Source: an uncultured Poribacteria bacterium (GTDB taxonomy: Bacteria; Poribacteria; WGA-4E; WGA-3G). From it: a stretch of 64,000 bases of DNA. The stretch is from positions 4,448,001-4,512,000 of the forward strand of contig CATQHZ020000001.1 of NCBI GenBank assembly GCA_958296135.2, given 5' to 3'. The position numbers were made by a program, and so were the translations under genes. Below are positions 1-8,505 of the stretch, in pieces (position 1 is the first letter of the stretch; each line of letters starts with the position of its first letter). The notes beneath the pieces were generated by a model. It saw only the letters and a program-made list of their open reading frames with translations. It had not been told where the DNA came from and ran no database searches.

Positions 1-647
1 AACGCCTCCGGTTCAGTGTTTACCCACGGATGCTCAATATCTGGCACGCCGTGGAACGTGAGAATCGAGATATGTCCCGCTTTCGCTTGCGCGAGAGCCC
101 ACGTGAAATCGTCAAAATTCCAATGCGGTCCCGAGGCACCTGTGGTTGGAATGAGGAGGGGATGGTGAACAGCAGGATTATAGGCGGGGCCCCTGCCGCC
201 TTCGCCATCGTAAGGGAATTCGGGGGCGACACCGCGACGCGCAAATTGGAAGCCGTGCTTTGAAAGCACTTGCACTGCCGCTTCGCCGTGGCTATAGCCG
301 GGGTAACAGAAGGTTGTCGGGCGCGGAATGCCGTATGCCTCACACTGCGCGTCAATGTGTTGCAAGTCCCCGCTGAGTGCCGCATCGGATTGCTGCGTGA
401 CGTTTCGGTGATGGCGCGTGTGGTTGCCGATTTCAAAACCGGCACCGTGTAAGCCGCGCACCTCCTCCCACGTCATATAGGCATCCTTATTTTTGAGGAA
501 CCCGAGCCCCTCGGTGATATAGAACGTCGCGCCGAAACCGTAATGCGTCAGCAGCGGCGCAACGAAGGTGGCTTGCGATTTGCAACCATCGTCAAACGTG
601 AGGACGACGAGTTTATCGGGAATAGGGGGGCGTTGTGCGTGTCTCAT
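1..647 (-). CDS. Polysaccharide deacetylase (NodB/CE4 family), 3' end runs off the window
   Basis: Manual translation from ATG at 647: MRHAQRPPIPDKLVVLTFDDGCKSQ...GATFYIT...MTWEEVRGLHGAGFEIGNHTRHH; TFDDG and EIGNHT..H motifs. Absent from the ORF track because it has no stop in the window. Confidence 0.85.
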   Translation of the reverse strand, partial: MRHAQRPPIPDKLVVLTFDDGCKSQATFVAPLLTHYGFGATFYITEGLGFLKNKDAYMTWEEVRGLHGAGFEIGNHTRHHRNVTQQSDAALSGDLQHIDAQCEAYGIPRPTTFCYPGYSHGEAAVQVLSKHGFQFARRGVAPEFPYDGEGGRGPAYNPAVHHPLLIPTTGASGPHWNFDDFTWALAQAKAGHISILTFHGVPDIEHPWVNTEPEA

Positions 648-655
648 GCTACGGT

Positions 656-684
656 ATTTTATGTGAGACTGCGGTTTTTGTCAA
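656..684 (-). promoter_or_regulatory. Sigma70-type promoter of the deacetylase (near-leaderless)
   Basis: Minus strand TTGACA-17nt-TAAAAT; the -10 box ends 8 nt before the ATG. Confidence 0.6.
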
Positions 685-753
685 GAAAAATCAGAACCAT
701 TCAGTTTTCGATTGCCGGTCTCACAGCTCTGACAAAACTTCAGAACGATTTCC

Positions 754-782
754 TTGACAAAAATTCGGAATTCGTCTAAAAT
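754..782 (+). promoter_or_regulatory. Sigma70-type promoter, divergent from the previous one
   Basis: TTGACA-17nt-TAAAAT, followed by GGAGG RBS and ATG at 808. Confidence 0.7.
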
Positions 783-807
783 AAAGCCAAACTTGGGAGG
801 TGTGAAC

Positions 808-1806
808 ATGATTGATCGACGTGAATTTCTTAAATCGATGGCAGGCTTGACAACGGGACTCCTCTTGTCCTCTGCAGCTACAGGAACCAGCGCAGAAAAT
901 AGTGCCAGCGACCGGCTAGGTCCGCTTTTGCCCACGCGGCGGCTCGGGCGCACTGAGGAAGCAGTGACGATGCTCGGGGTTGGCGGCTGGCATATCGTGA
1001 ACATGGAAGAAGCGGAAGCACAGAAAACGATTGAGACAGCACTCAAAGGCGGCGTGCGGTTCTTTGATAGCGCGGAATCTTACGCCGAACACGGGGTGCG
1101 AAGCGAAAGCCGCCTGGGCAAACTGCTCGTGCCGAAGTATCGGGACGATATTTTCCTGATGACGAAGACGACAGCGCGCGACGCGGAAGGCGCACGGGAA
1201 CACCTCGAAAAATCGCTCAAACGCCTCAATACCGACAGACTCGATCTGTGGCAGGTGCATGCAGTACGGAATCCCGAAGACGTGGATGAACGCATCGATA
1301 ACGGTGTTTTCGAGGTGATGCAGGAGGCGAAGGAGGCCGGCAAAACACGCTATATCGGTTTCACGGGGCATTCAAGTCCCGCCGCGCACGAACGCGTGCT
1401 AGAACAAACCGATATCTTTGACACGTGCCAATTGTCCATGAACCTCGTTGATGTCAGTTACGAGAGTTTCATCGAGAGGGTTGTGCCGATACTCCTTGAA
1501 CGCAACATCGGTATCATCGGCATGAAGGCGTTGGCGAACGGCGGCTTCTTCGGCGGCTCCAGGCATGGACAGCACGGCATGAATCCCAAAGTCGTGCCCA
1601 ATCGCGTGAGCATCGCCGAAGCGATCCGGTTCGTCTGGGCACTCCCAGTCAGCACGCTTGTGACGGGCCCAGATAATGCGGCGCAGTTGCAAGAGAAAAT
1701 CGACATCGCCAAGGCGTTCACCGGCATGGACGATGACGAACGGCAGCGACTCATCGAGAAGGTCGCGGATATGGCAGGCACCGGCGTTGAATTCTACAAA
1801 GCTTAA
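808..1806 (+). CDS. Tat-exported aldo/keto reductase
   Basis: DRREFLK twin-arginine signal; AKR motifs (FFDSAESY, LKRLNTDRLDLWQVH, RYIGFTGH); start at 808 chosen from the RBS. Confidence 0.85.
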   Translation: MIDRREFLKSMAGLTTGLLLSSAATGTSAENSASDRLGPLLPTRRLGRTEEAVTMLGVGGWHIVNMEEAEAQKTIETALKGGVRFFDSAESYAEHGVRSESRLGKLLVPKYRDDIFLMTKTTARDAEGAREHLEKSLKRLNTDRLDLWQVHAVRNPEDVDERIDNGVFEVMQEAKEAGKTRYIGFTGHSSPAAHERVLEQTDIFDTCQLSMNLVDVSYESFIERVVPILLERNIGIIGMKALANGGFFGGSRHGQHGMNPKVVPNRVSIAEAIRFVWALPVSTLVTGPDNAAQLQEKIDIAKAFTGMDDDERQRLIEKVADMAGTGVEFYKA

Positions 1807-1888
1807 CCCGTGCTCCTTCGTCGTTCCTAGCCGGGGTTTAGCATGTCGCCCTACGTTCTTCCAGGGTTCAAACCGCGCATGGAGAAGG

Positions 1889-3574
1889 TTGCGCGCTTAC
1901 AACGCGCGCCTACGGGGTTCGTCCCGCGTCAAGCCCATTATTTGCGTATGCGTCCTACTTTGCGCCTGTCTCCCTGCAGCCGCGAATGTCCAATTCATAG
2001 ATGTCACCGAGGCAGCAGGCATCCGATTTCGGCACGCTACCGGTGCTACCGGTGCACGTTACCTGCCGGAAACGATGGGGGCTGGCTGCGCGTTTTTGGA
2101 CTACGACTCCGATGGCAATCTAGATATCCTACTGGTGAACGGGAGAGACTGGCAGGCACCGGATGCAACGCAAACCGCGCGCCTTTACCGAAACCGCGGC
2201 GATGGAAAGTTCACGGATGTTACCGAAACGGCGAAACTCAACGTGCCGATGTATGGCATGGGCGTAACAAGTGCTGATTACGATAACGACAGCGATGCCG
2301 ATATTTACCTCACTGCTGTCGGCAAAAATCGGCTGTTCCGCAACAACGGCGACGGGACGTTCACGGATACCACCGACTTCGCAAACGTGGGTGACGCTGG
2401 CTGGGGAACGAGTGCGGCGTTCTTCGATGTAGATAAGGACGGCTGGCTCGATCTCTTTGTCGGCAACTACGTTGCGTGGACACCGGAAACGGATGTCCCT
2501 TGCACCGTCGCGCAGCACCGTTCCTATTGCACGCCGACGGTTTACGCAGGGCAATCTTGTCGCCTCTATCGCAACCGAGGCGATGGCACGTTTGAGGATG
2601 TGACGTTACACGCAGGACTCGACAATCCCAATGGAAAATCGCTCGGCGTAGCCGTCTTAGATTACAACGACGATGGGTGGCTCGATCTGGCTGTGGCCAA
2701 CGATACGGAGGCGAATTTCCTGTATCGGAATAACGGCGATGGCACATTCACCGATGAGGCGATTGTGATGGGAGTCGCCTTCAGTGCATCCGGCAAGGCG
2801 CGCGGAAGCATGGGGATTGACGCAGCTGATGTCTATAACACCGGCGGCACCGCTATCGCCATCGGCAATTTTAGCAATGAAAAAACGGCGTTCTTCTACG
2901 CAGAACCGGGTGCCGATTACTTTGTTGACACGGCAGCCCGGGTAAACATCGGCGAGGCAAGCCGCCGCGTGCTGACATTCGGTCTGCTCTTCTTCGATTG
3001 CGATTTTGACGGATACCTCGACCTGTTTTCTGTCAATGGGCACATTGAACCGGAGGTGGGAAGGCATCAGCAGCATACCCCTTATGCGCAACTGCCATCT
3101 CTCTTTCAAAACCGGGGCGATGGCACTTTTCGCGATATCGGCAAACGCGCGGGACTGCAAATTGCCGGTGTCGGGCGCGGCTGTGCCTACGGCGATTACG
3201 ATAATGACGGTGACTTGGATCTCCTCGTCAGCAATAACGGCGTTGACGCAAATTACGGCATCCCTTGGCTCTTGCGCAACGATAGCGAGCCCATCGGGAA
3301 TTACCTCCGCGTCAAACTTGTCGGCACGACGAGCAATCGGGATGGGATTGGCGCGAAGGTGCGCGTGACAACGGCTGACACGGTGCAACAGCGGTTGGCG
3401 CAGACCGGCAGCAGTTACTGTTCTCAAAGCGAACTGACATTAACATTCGGGTTAGGACAAAACGACACGGTTGCACGGCTTGAGGTAACCTGGCCCTCCG
3501 GACAGATAGACAGGCATGTTGCAATCAAGGCGAATCAAAGCATCGCCGTTGTTGAAGGAGCATCCCAAAAATGA
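1889..3574 (+). CDS. CRTAC1/ASPIC-UnbV family FG-GAP repeat secreted protein
   Basis: Repeated DYDNDGxLDL motifs, NRDGIGAKV and C-terminal UnbV-like FGLG...WPSG; signal peptide-like N-terminus. Probable TTG start at 1889 after GGAG (ORF open from 1676). Confidence 0.85.
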   Translation: MRAYNARLRGSSRVKPIICVCVLLCACLPAAANVQFIDVTEAAGIRFRHATGATGARYLPETMGAGCAFLDYDSDGNLDILLVNGRDWQAPDATQTARLYRNRGDGKFTDVTETAKLNVPMYGMGVTSADYDNDSDADIYLTAVGKNRLFRNNGDGTFTDTTDFANVGDAGWGTSAAFFDVDKDGWLDLFVGNYVAWTPETDVPCTVAQHRSYCTPTVYAGQSCRLYRNRGDGTFEDVTLHAGLDNPNGKSLGVAVLDYNDDGWLDLAVANDTEANFLYRNNGDGTFTDEAIVMGVAFSASGKARGSMGIDAADVYNTGGTAIAIGNFSNEKTAFFYAEPGADYFVDTAARVNIGEASRRVLTFGLLFFDCDFDGYLDLFSVNGHIEPEVGRHQQHTPYAQLPSLFQNRGDGTFRDIGKRAGLQIAGVGRGCAYGDYDNDGDLDLLVSNNGVDANYGIPWLLRNDSEPIGNYLRVKLVGTTSNRDGIGAKVRVTTADTVQQRLAQTGSSYCSQSELTLTFGLGQNDTVARLEVTWPSGQIDRHVAIKANQSIAVVEGASQK

Positions 3575-4374
3575 ACAGACATCTCTATGGATGCCTCTTT
3601 TTGGTGATTGTGTGGCTCATTTGCGGATGCGAGGATACGCCGCTGCCTGCGCAGAAACAGCCTGTCACGCAACCCGCCGCGAAAAAACCTGCGACATCTC
3701 CCACCGCGCAGGACTACAATAACAGCGGCACAGCTTATCTGCGCGAAAAGAAATTGGACGAGGCGGCAGCTGCGTATCAACGTGCCATCGCGATGAAGCC
3801 GACGCTCGTCGCGGCACACCACAACTTAGCCACGGTTTACGTGATGCAAGGGAAACTCGGCGAGGCTATTGAGGCGTATCAGCGCGTGATTGCGTTGTGG
3901 CCAGACATGGCGGCGGCGTATGCAGACCTCGGCAGAGCCTACGGACTCGCTGGCAGGTTAGATGAGGCAATCGCTGAATTTGAGAAGGCACTCACGCGCG
4001 ATGGAACGCTCGTCCACGGCTACTACGGCATCGGCGTGGCGTATCGGCACAAACGGATGTTCCCCGAAGCCATCGCCGCGCTTGAAAAGGCAATCTCCCT
4101 GCAACCCGAGCTTCCGGAAGCACTGATGCAACTCGGCACCATCTACCGCGAGACAGACCGGCTCGCGGAGGCGATTGCGGCGTTCACCGCAATGAATCAA
4201 CTCAGGCCAAACAATGCACAAGCACACCATGAACTCGGCGTGTGTTATACGCAGCAGGGTGCATATCGTAAGGCTGTCGCCGCGTTTGAACGTGCTTTGC
4301 AGTTAAAGCCCGAGGATGCTGATACGCAGAACCTTTTGCGTGTCGCCCAAGCCCGTTTGGCACAGCAAAAGTAA
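3571..4374 (+). CDS. TPR-repeat (lipo)protein
   Basis: LICGC lipobox-like signal; about 6 TPR motifs; ATGA overlap with the upstream gene. Confidence 0.85.
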   Translation: MNRHLYGCLFLVIVWLICGCEDTPLPAQKQPVTQPAAKKPATSPTAQDYNNSGTAYLREKKLDEAAAAYQRAIAMKPTLVAAHHNLATVYVMQGKLGEAIEAYQRVIALWPDMAAAYADLGRAYGLAGRLDEAIAEFEKALTRDGTLVHGYYGIGVAYRHKRMFPEAIAALEKAISLQPELPEALMQLGTIYRETDRLAEAIAAFTAMNQLRPNNAQAHHELGVCYTQQGAYRKAVAAFERALQLKPEDADTQNLLRVAQARLAQQK

Positions 4375-4649
4375 GGACAGATGGCCATAACTGTCCGCCC
4401 TTTTTTAAGAACAGATTTCTATGGTTTCCGCCCCAACGATTTTTAGAACTTAATCCCTAATCATCTGTCTAATTGTTAACCAACCTAACACCAAAGTCTG
4501 TAGGGCGCGCTCGCATTCAAGCAGCAATCCAAAACTACAGACGCTTCCTATAAGGACAGATTTCCATATCCGTCCTGATGAACGCCGGAAACGGGCGGAG
4601 ATAGAAATCCGCCCTTACAATCTGGCACAACTTCCAAAGGAGAAAAAAG

Positions 4650-5480
4650 ATGCAACAGGCTCTATTTGTTACGCTGTTCATCGCGGTATTTTCCGGAGCC
4701 ACCTTCGTTGCCCATTCTGCGGACATCGAAGACGGACTGTGGATGTATCTACCGCTTAACGAGGGCGCAGGTCAAACCGTCGCCGACCACGGCCCCAACG
4801 ACTTTGAAACCGAACTCAGCAAAACCGCGCCGAAATGGGTCGATGCCAAGCATGACTCCATCAAAAACGCGATGGAGTTTGACGGCAAATCCACTTATGT
4901 CAAGATTGACATGGCGGCGCAGAAGAAGGACATTGACTCGCATTTTGACGATAAGAAAGGCATCTCGATTTGTGCCTGGGTCAAAGTGTTGAAAGTCGGC
5001 ACCGATGCGCATGGACAAACACGGCAGCCTATCGTCATGAAAGGCAACGCCAATGCGTGGGAATTCGCGCTCTACGTGTATGACGATTTCGGCGCGGGGA
5101 TGTCGGTGTGGACATGCCCCGGCTCCGGCGTTTCTGAACCGCATGGTGCTGGTTCCGCGCCACAAGGCAAGTGGATTCATCAGTGCGGCACGTTTAAACT
5201 GAAAGAAGGCGTGCGCGTCTACGTCGACGGCGATAAAAACCCGGTCGCGGAGCTCGGCGATAACGGCGGCGGCCCGTGTGAAACCGGCACGCGTCCGGTG
5301 TTCATCGCGCATCGGGAGGACGGACAATGGCTCAACGCTGTCATTGCCGAGGTCTTCATGTGGGACCGGGTAATCGACATCGATGAGATGAATCTCGCCA
5401 TGGAAACTATCGGTGGGTTGGCAGTGCAGCCGGGAGGGAAGCTGACTACCACCTGGGGCAATGTGAAACGCCGAAGGTGA
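4650..5480 (+). CDS. Secreted LamG/concanavalin-like jelly-roll protein with KLTTTWG tail
   Basis: Signal peptide; YLPLNEGAG..D, FDG, W...GTF pattern; C-terminus LAVQPGGKLTTTWGNVKRRR; AAAGGAG RBS. Confidence 0.8.
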   Translation: MQQALFVTLFIAVFSGATFVAHSADIEDGLWMYLPLNEGAGQTVADHGPNDFETELSKTAPKWVDAKHDSIKNAMEFDGKSTYVKIDMAAQKKDIDSHFDDKKGISICAWVKVLKVGTDAHGQTRQPIVMKGNANAWEFALYVYDDFGAGMSVWTCPGSGVSEPHGAGSAPQGKWIHQCGTFKLKEGVRVYVDGDKNPVAELGDNGGGPCETGTRPVFIAHREDGQWLNAVIAEVFMWDRVIDIDEMNLAMETIGGLAVQPGGKLTTTWGNVKRRR

Positions 5481-5543
5481 GTAGAAGTGCTCAGAGCGGG
5501 ACCAGGCGATCCCGCTCTACGATGGAAGAGAGGCCGAATCCAT

Positions 5544-6326
5544 CTAAGCCAGCAGCTCCCGCTCCGCCGGATTCATTTTGAAACCGCCTGCAACAATGTT
5601 GTTGTAGGGCTCCTCCGGGGCGCGGCCGACAGGACGCATGCCCGGTTTATGATACCCGAAGCGGACTGCCTTCCGCCACTGCTCCGTCCGATTCACCTCA
5701 GACCAGTGGATAAGGCAATAACTGAAGAAAATCACATCGCCTGCCCGCGCCGGAACCGGAATGGAGTCAAGGAAATCCGGGTGATACTTATCGGTAGGCA
5801 GATGCGGCGCGGTGCCTTCACCCGTGATATGCTCCCGCGGTCCCTCCTTATGGCTGCCGGGGACGACACGAAGCGCGCCGCTCTCAAAAGGCGCGTCGTC
5901 AAGATGCACGAGGCAATCCACGAAATCAAGCCCATCGTGTGGGTAGAACGGATAGTCCTGATGCATCGGGAACGGCGTGCCTTTCTCCGGCGGCTTGGCA
6001 TGCAGCACGGTGTGGTGCCACTGAATCGTCTCGCCGATGAGCGATTGCACGGCACCCGTCAACCGTTCGTGGAATATGACGCGTCCCCACGTCGCGGAGT
6101 AGAAGTGCGGGTTGTGCATGAAGACTGCCTTCGTCGTATCCTGGTCTTCCGCCTTGAGGTAGCGTGCGCGCCAGGGGCCGGGCCAGCCGATCGTCTCCTG
6201 TCCCCAATTGTTAATGATACGCACCATTTCAGATGCGAGTTCGCTCGTCTCCTCCGGTGTGAAGAGTTGCTCCACTTTGAGGTAGCCGTTCTCGTGATAA
6301 AAATCAACCTTGTCTTGCGTAAGCAT
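5544..6326 (-). CDS. Phytanoyl-CoA dioxygenase (PhyH) family Fe/2OG dioxygenase
   Basis: FYHENGY, HQD, LRVVPGSH, AGDVIFF..H..N...R motifs. Confidence 0.9.
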   Translation of the reverse strand: MLTQDKVDFYHENGYLKVEQLFTPEETSELASEMVRIINNWGQETIGWPGPWRARYLKAEDQDTTKAVFMHNPHFYSATWGRVIFHERLTGAVQSLIGETIQWHHTVLHAKPPEKGTPFPMHQDYPFYPHDGLDFVDCLVHLDDAPFESGALRVVPGSHKEGPREHITGEGTAPHLPTDKYHPDFLDSIPVPARAGDVIFFSYCLIHWSEVNRTEQWRKAVRFGYHKPGMRPVGRAPEEPYNNIVAGGFKMNPAERELLA

Positions 6327-6440
6327 GGTAAGCCTCCGTTATGTCAACTGAAGCACTCCAACGGAGTGCAACGTTTATAGCGATTACTAAATTTTACGCT
6401 AAAAGCGGACGTTTTGTCAAGGTTTTTTAATTGAACCGAA

Positions 6441-7829
6441 TTACCTAACAGTTTCCAGCCGGTTAAGAGCCGTCTCTTCATCTGCCTCAATTGCGATTTC
6501 GACTGCACGCTTCGCGCATTCCAAAAGGTGCTTGGATTGCCGGCGCAGGTTAAAGGACTCGGTGACCTGCCGTTCGATTTCAGCCTGCTTCTCGTCGGAC
6601 AGAATGGGAATGAGCGTTTCGGCCACCTGAGCTGGCCGCCAATGGGGAATTACTGAGCCTCCCACATCACGATTCACCTGCTCTTGCGTCAAAATCGAAT
6701 TGAGCACCAGCGTCAGATAGTCAGTGCGAATGCGATCGGATTTGCGCTGCAACCGAAGGATGCCGCCCGCGGGAATCATTTTGGGCGGCTGTTCGCGCAG
6801 ATGATGTGCGATGCCCGGCGTTGCATCCTTGCTGAGCAGGATTTCTCCCTGTTTCGGTTGGTGTTGCTCAAGCTCAACATACAGTTCTTCCGAGATGTAT
6901 TTCTCTTGCGTGATTTCAAACGGGCTGAGATTGCTCACGCGCACGAAGGGGATGCCTGCCTCACGGTATTTCCTGCTACCTACCTCAATGCATTTTTCCA
7001 GCGTGACGAGATTTCCGAGCGTATCCCAACCTCCCGGATAGCCTTTAATGGCATTAACGATGTCATCGTATCTCGGCCGGAAGTATCCCGCGTCAAAGCG
7101 TTCTGCCACCTGAACATCCGAATAGTTTTTGACGAAGGCGAGTTGCGGCTTAGGCTGCCAGTCGGTAAGGCTGACTGAGGCAATGATGAACGCTTGGGCT
7201 TCTGCGTATCGCGCATTTGATAACTCCGTTAAATCTTGCGAACGCAAATAGATTTTTTCGATCTCATCTGGAAGGTATCTCCAAAACGGCATAGGGATTT
7301 GATATAGATGAGGCGGCGCGATTTCAGGTTGTAGGCTGCCATATTTCCCTTTCTCCATCATGGCTCTGCCATATTTCGTGTTGAGAAAAACAGCGAGAAA
7401 GAAAGGGTTCAAACTACCGCTTTTGACGATAAAGGTATGGGATGACGATATCGCCTCTTCACGTTCCAGATAGATGGCACACAAACCGGGGGTTCCCGAT
7501 CGCGTTATCAGGATGTCTTTGTAGTGGATAGTGTTTTCCTTCAAACGCTCCGCGTCCTCTGCCGATATATAAACAGGATTAGTCGTCAGATCAACGGAAA
7601 GCGGGCGAACGTTTTGCGATCTCAAAAACAGAACGCCCTCGTCCACATAATTTCGCTTTATCTCCTTGGGGTGCCTGATTTGGACCTGAAAATCAATTAA
7701 CTTACGTGAACTGATTTCTTCAAGTCGGTTCCAGATCCTCAGATAGTCAGGGTGGAAAAACTCTGCATCAAGCCGCATAGAATGTGACGCACTTACCACG
7801 GATTGGTAATTAACGATTGAATACCGCAT
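6441..7829 (-). CDS. hsdS: Restriction-modification specificity subunit (HsdS-like, two TRDs)
   Basis: Two repeats beginning RLDAEFFHP / RFDAGYFRP, with DILITRSG / EILLSKD and IPI...Q..I helical spacers; downstream of N6-MTases. Confidence 0.85.
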   Translation of the reverse strand: MRYSIVNYQSVVSASHSMRLDAEFFHPDYLRIWNRLEEISSRKLIDFQVQIRHPKEIKRNYVDEGVLFLRSQNVRPLSVDLTTNPVYISAEDAERLKENTIHYKDILITRSGTPGLCAIYLEREEAISSSHTFIVKSGSLNPFFLAVFLNTKYGRAMMEKGKYGSLQPEIAPPHLYQIPMPFWRYLPDEIEKIYLRSQDLTELSNARYAEAQAFIIASVSLTDWQPKPQLAFVKNYSDVQVAERFDAGYFRPRYDDIVNAIKGYPGGWDTLGNLVTLEKCIEVGSRKYREAGIPFVRVSNLSPFEITQEKYISEELYVELEQHQPKQGEILLSKDATPGIAHHLREQPPKMIPAGGILRLQRKSDRIRTDYLTLVLNSILTQEQVNRDVGGSVIPHWRPAQVAETLIPILSDEKQAEIERQVTESFNLRRQSKHLLECAKRAVEIAIEADEETALNRLETVR

Positions 7830-8503
7830 TACTTAGTCTTTCCATCCCTTTTCTCTATCGCCTTCCTCGCCTTTTCGGGAAGGTTATTGTAGAGGTTTTG
7901 AATTTGTTTAGGCTGTGAGATTAATGACTCAGCGATTACGTTAATCAGGCCGAAAAGCATTCCAACGTCGGTCTCATCGCTAAAATCGATCACCCCAGGG
8001 TGAACAGCTTCGTTGCCTGTTACCCTCACAATGTCCAATGATTGTTGGACTTGTTCGTCAAGCCCTTTTTTTACGAGATTTCCTACGCTGTCGTTGATAG
8101 AGCCCGTTTCGCCAAGGAATTTGAGGACCATTTCTATAGCCAATCTCAACAAGGCGCAGGCAGCGCGAGGAGATTGATTGGCTATGTTAGCAGCTTCCTC
8201 ATAAACTTCCTTCACTTCGCATGGTAAATCGTCGTTTGCTGGCGGGGACGTGCGCCCCCGGGGGTAGATCATCTTTTCTGATAACCAGAACGTTGTCTGC
8301 TTACAGTGTGAACAACAAGAGGATTTGACCTCTGCCTTGTCAATCATAATTGGGTTCAGCTCACTACCCGGTACAAGGGCTCGCAGCGGATGAGGTGATA
8401 GATTAACATTGCGGAGAGGCTCCCATCGTTGACTTGCATAAACTTGGCAATAGGGACAGTGAAAATTCCCACTGCCATATTTGGGCGGAAAATATTTAGA
8501 CAT
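7829..8503 (-). CDS. DUF4145 (HEPN-like) protein with N-terminal Cys pairs
   Basis: CPYC...CSHC, SPRAACALLRLAIE, RVTGNEAVHPG; stop overlaps the hsdS ATG (TAATG). Confidence 0.8.
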   Translation of the reverse strand: MSKYFPPKYGSGNFHCPYCQVYASQRWEPLRNVNLSPHPLRALVPGSELNPIMIDKAEVKSSCCSHCKQTTFWLSEKMIYPRGRTSPPANDDLPCEVKEVYEEAANIANQSPRAACALLRLAIEMVLKFLGETGSINDSVGNLVKKGLDEQVQQSLDIVRVTGNEAVHPGVIDFSDETDVGMLFGLINVIAESLISQPKQIQNLYNNLPEKARKAIEKRDGKTK

Positions 8504-8505
8504 AA

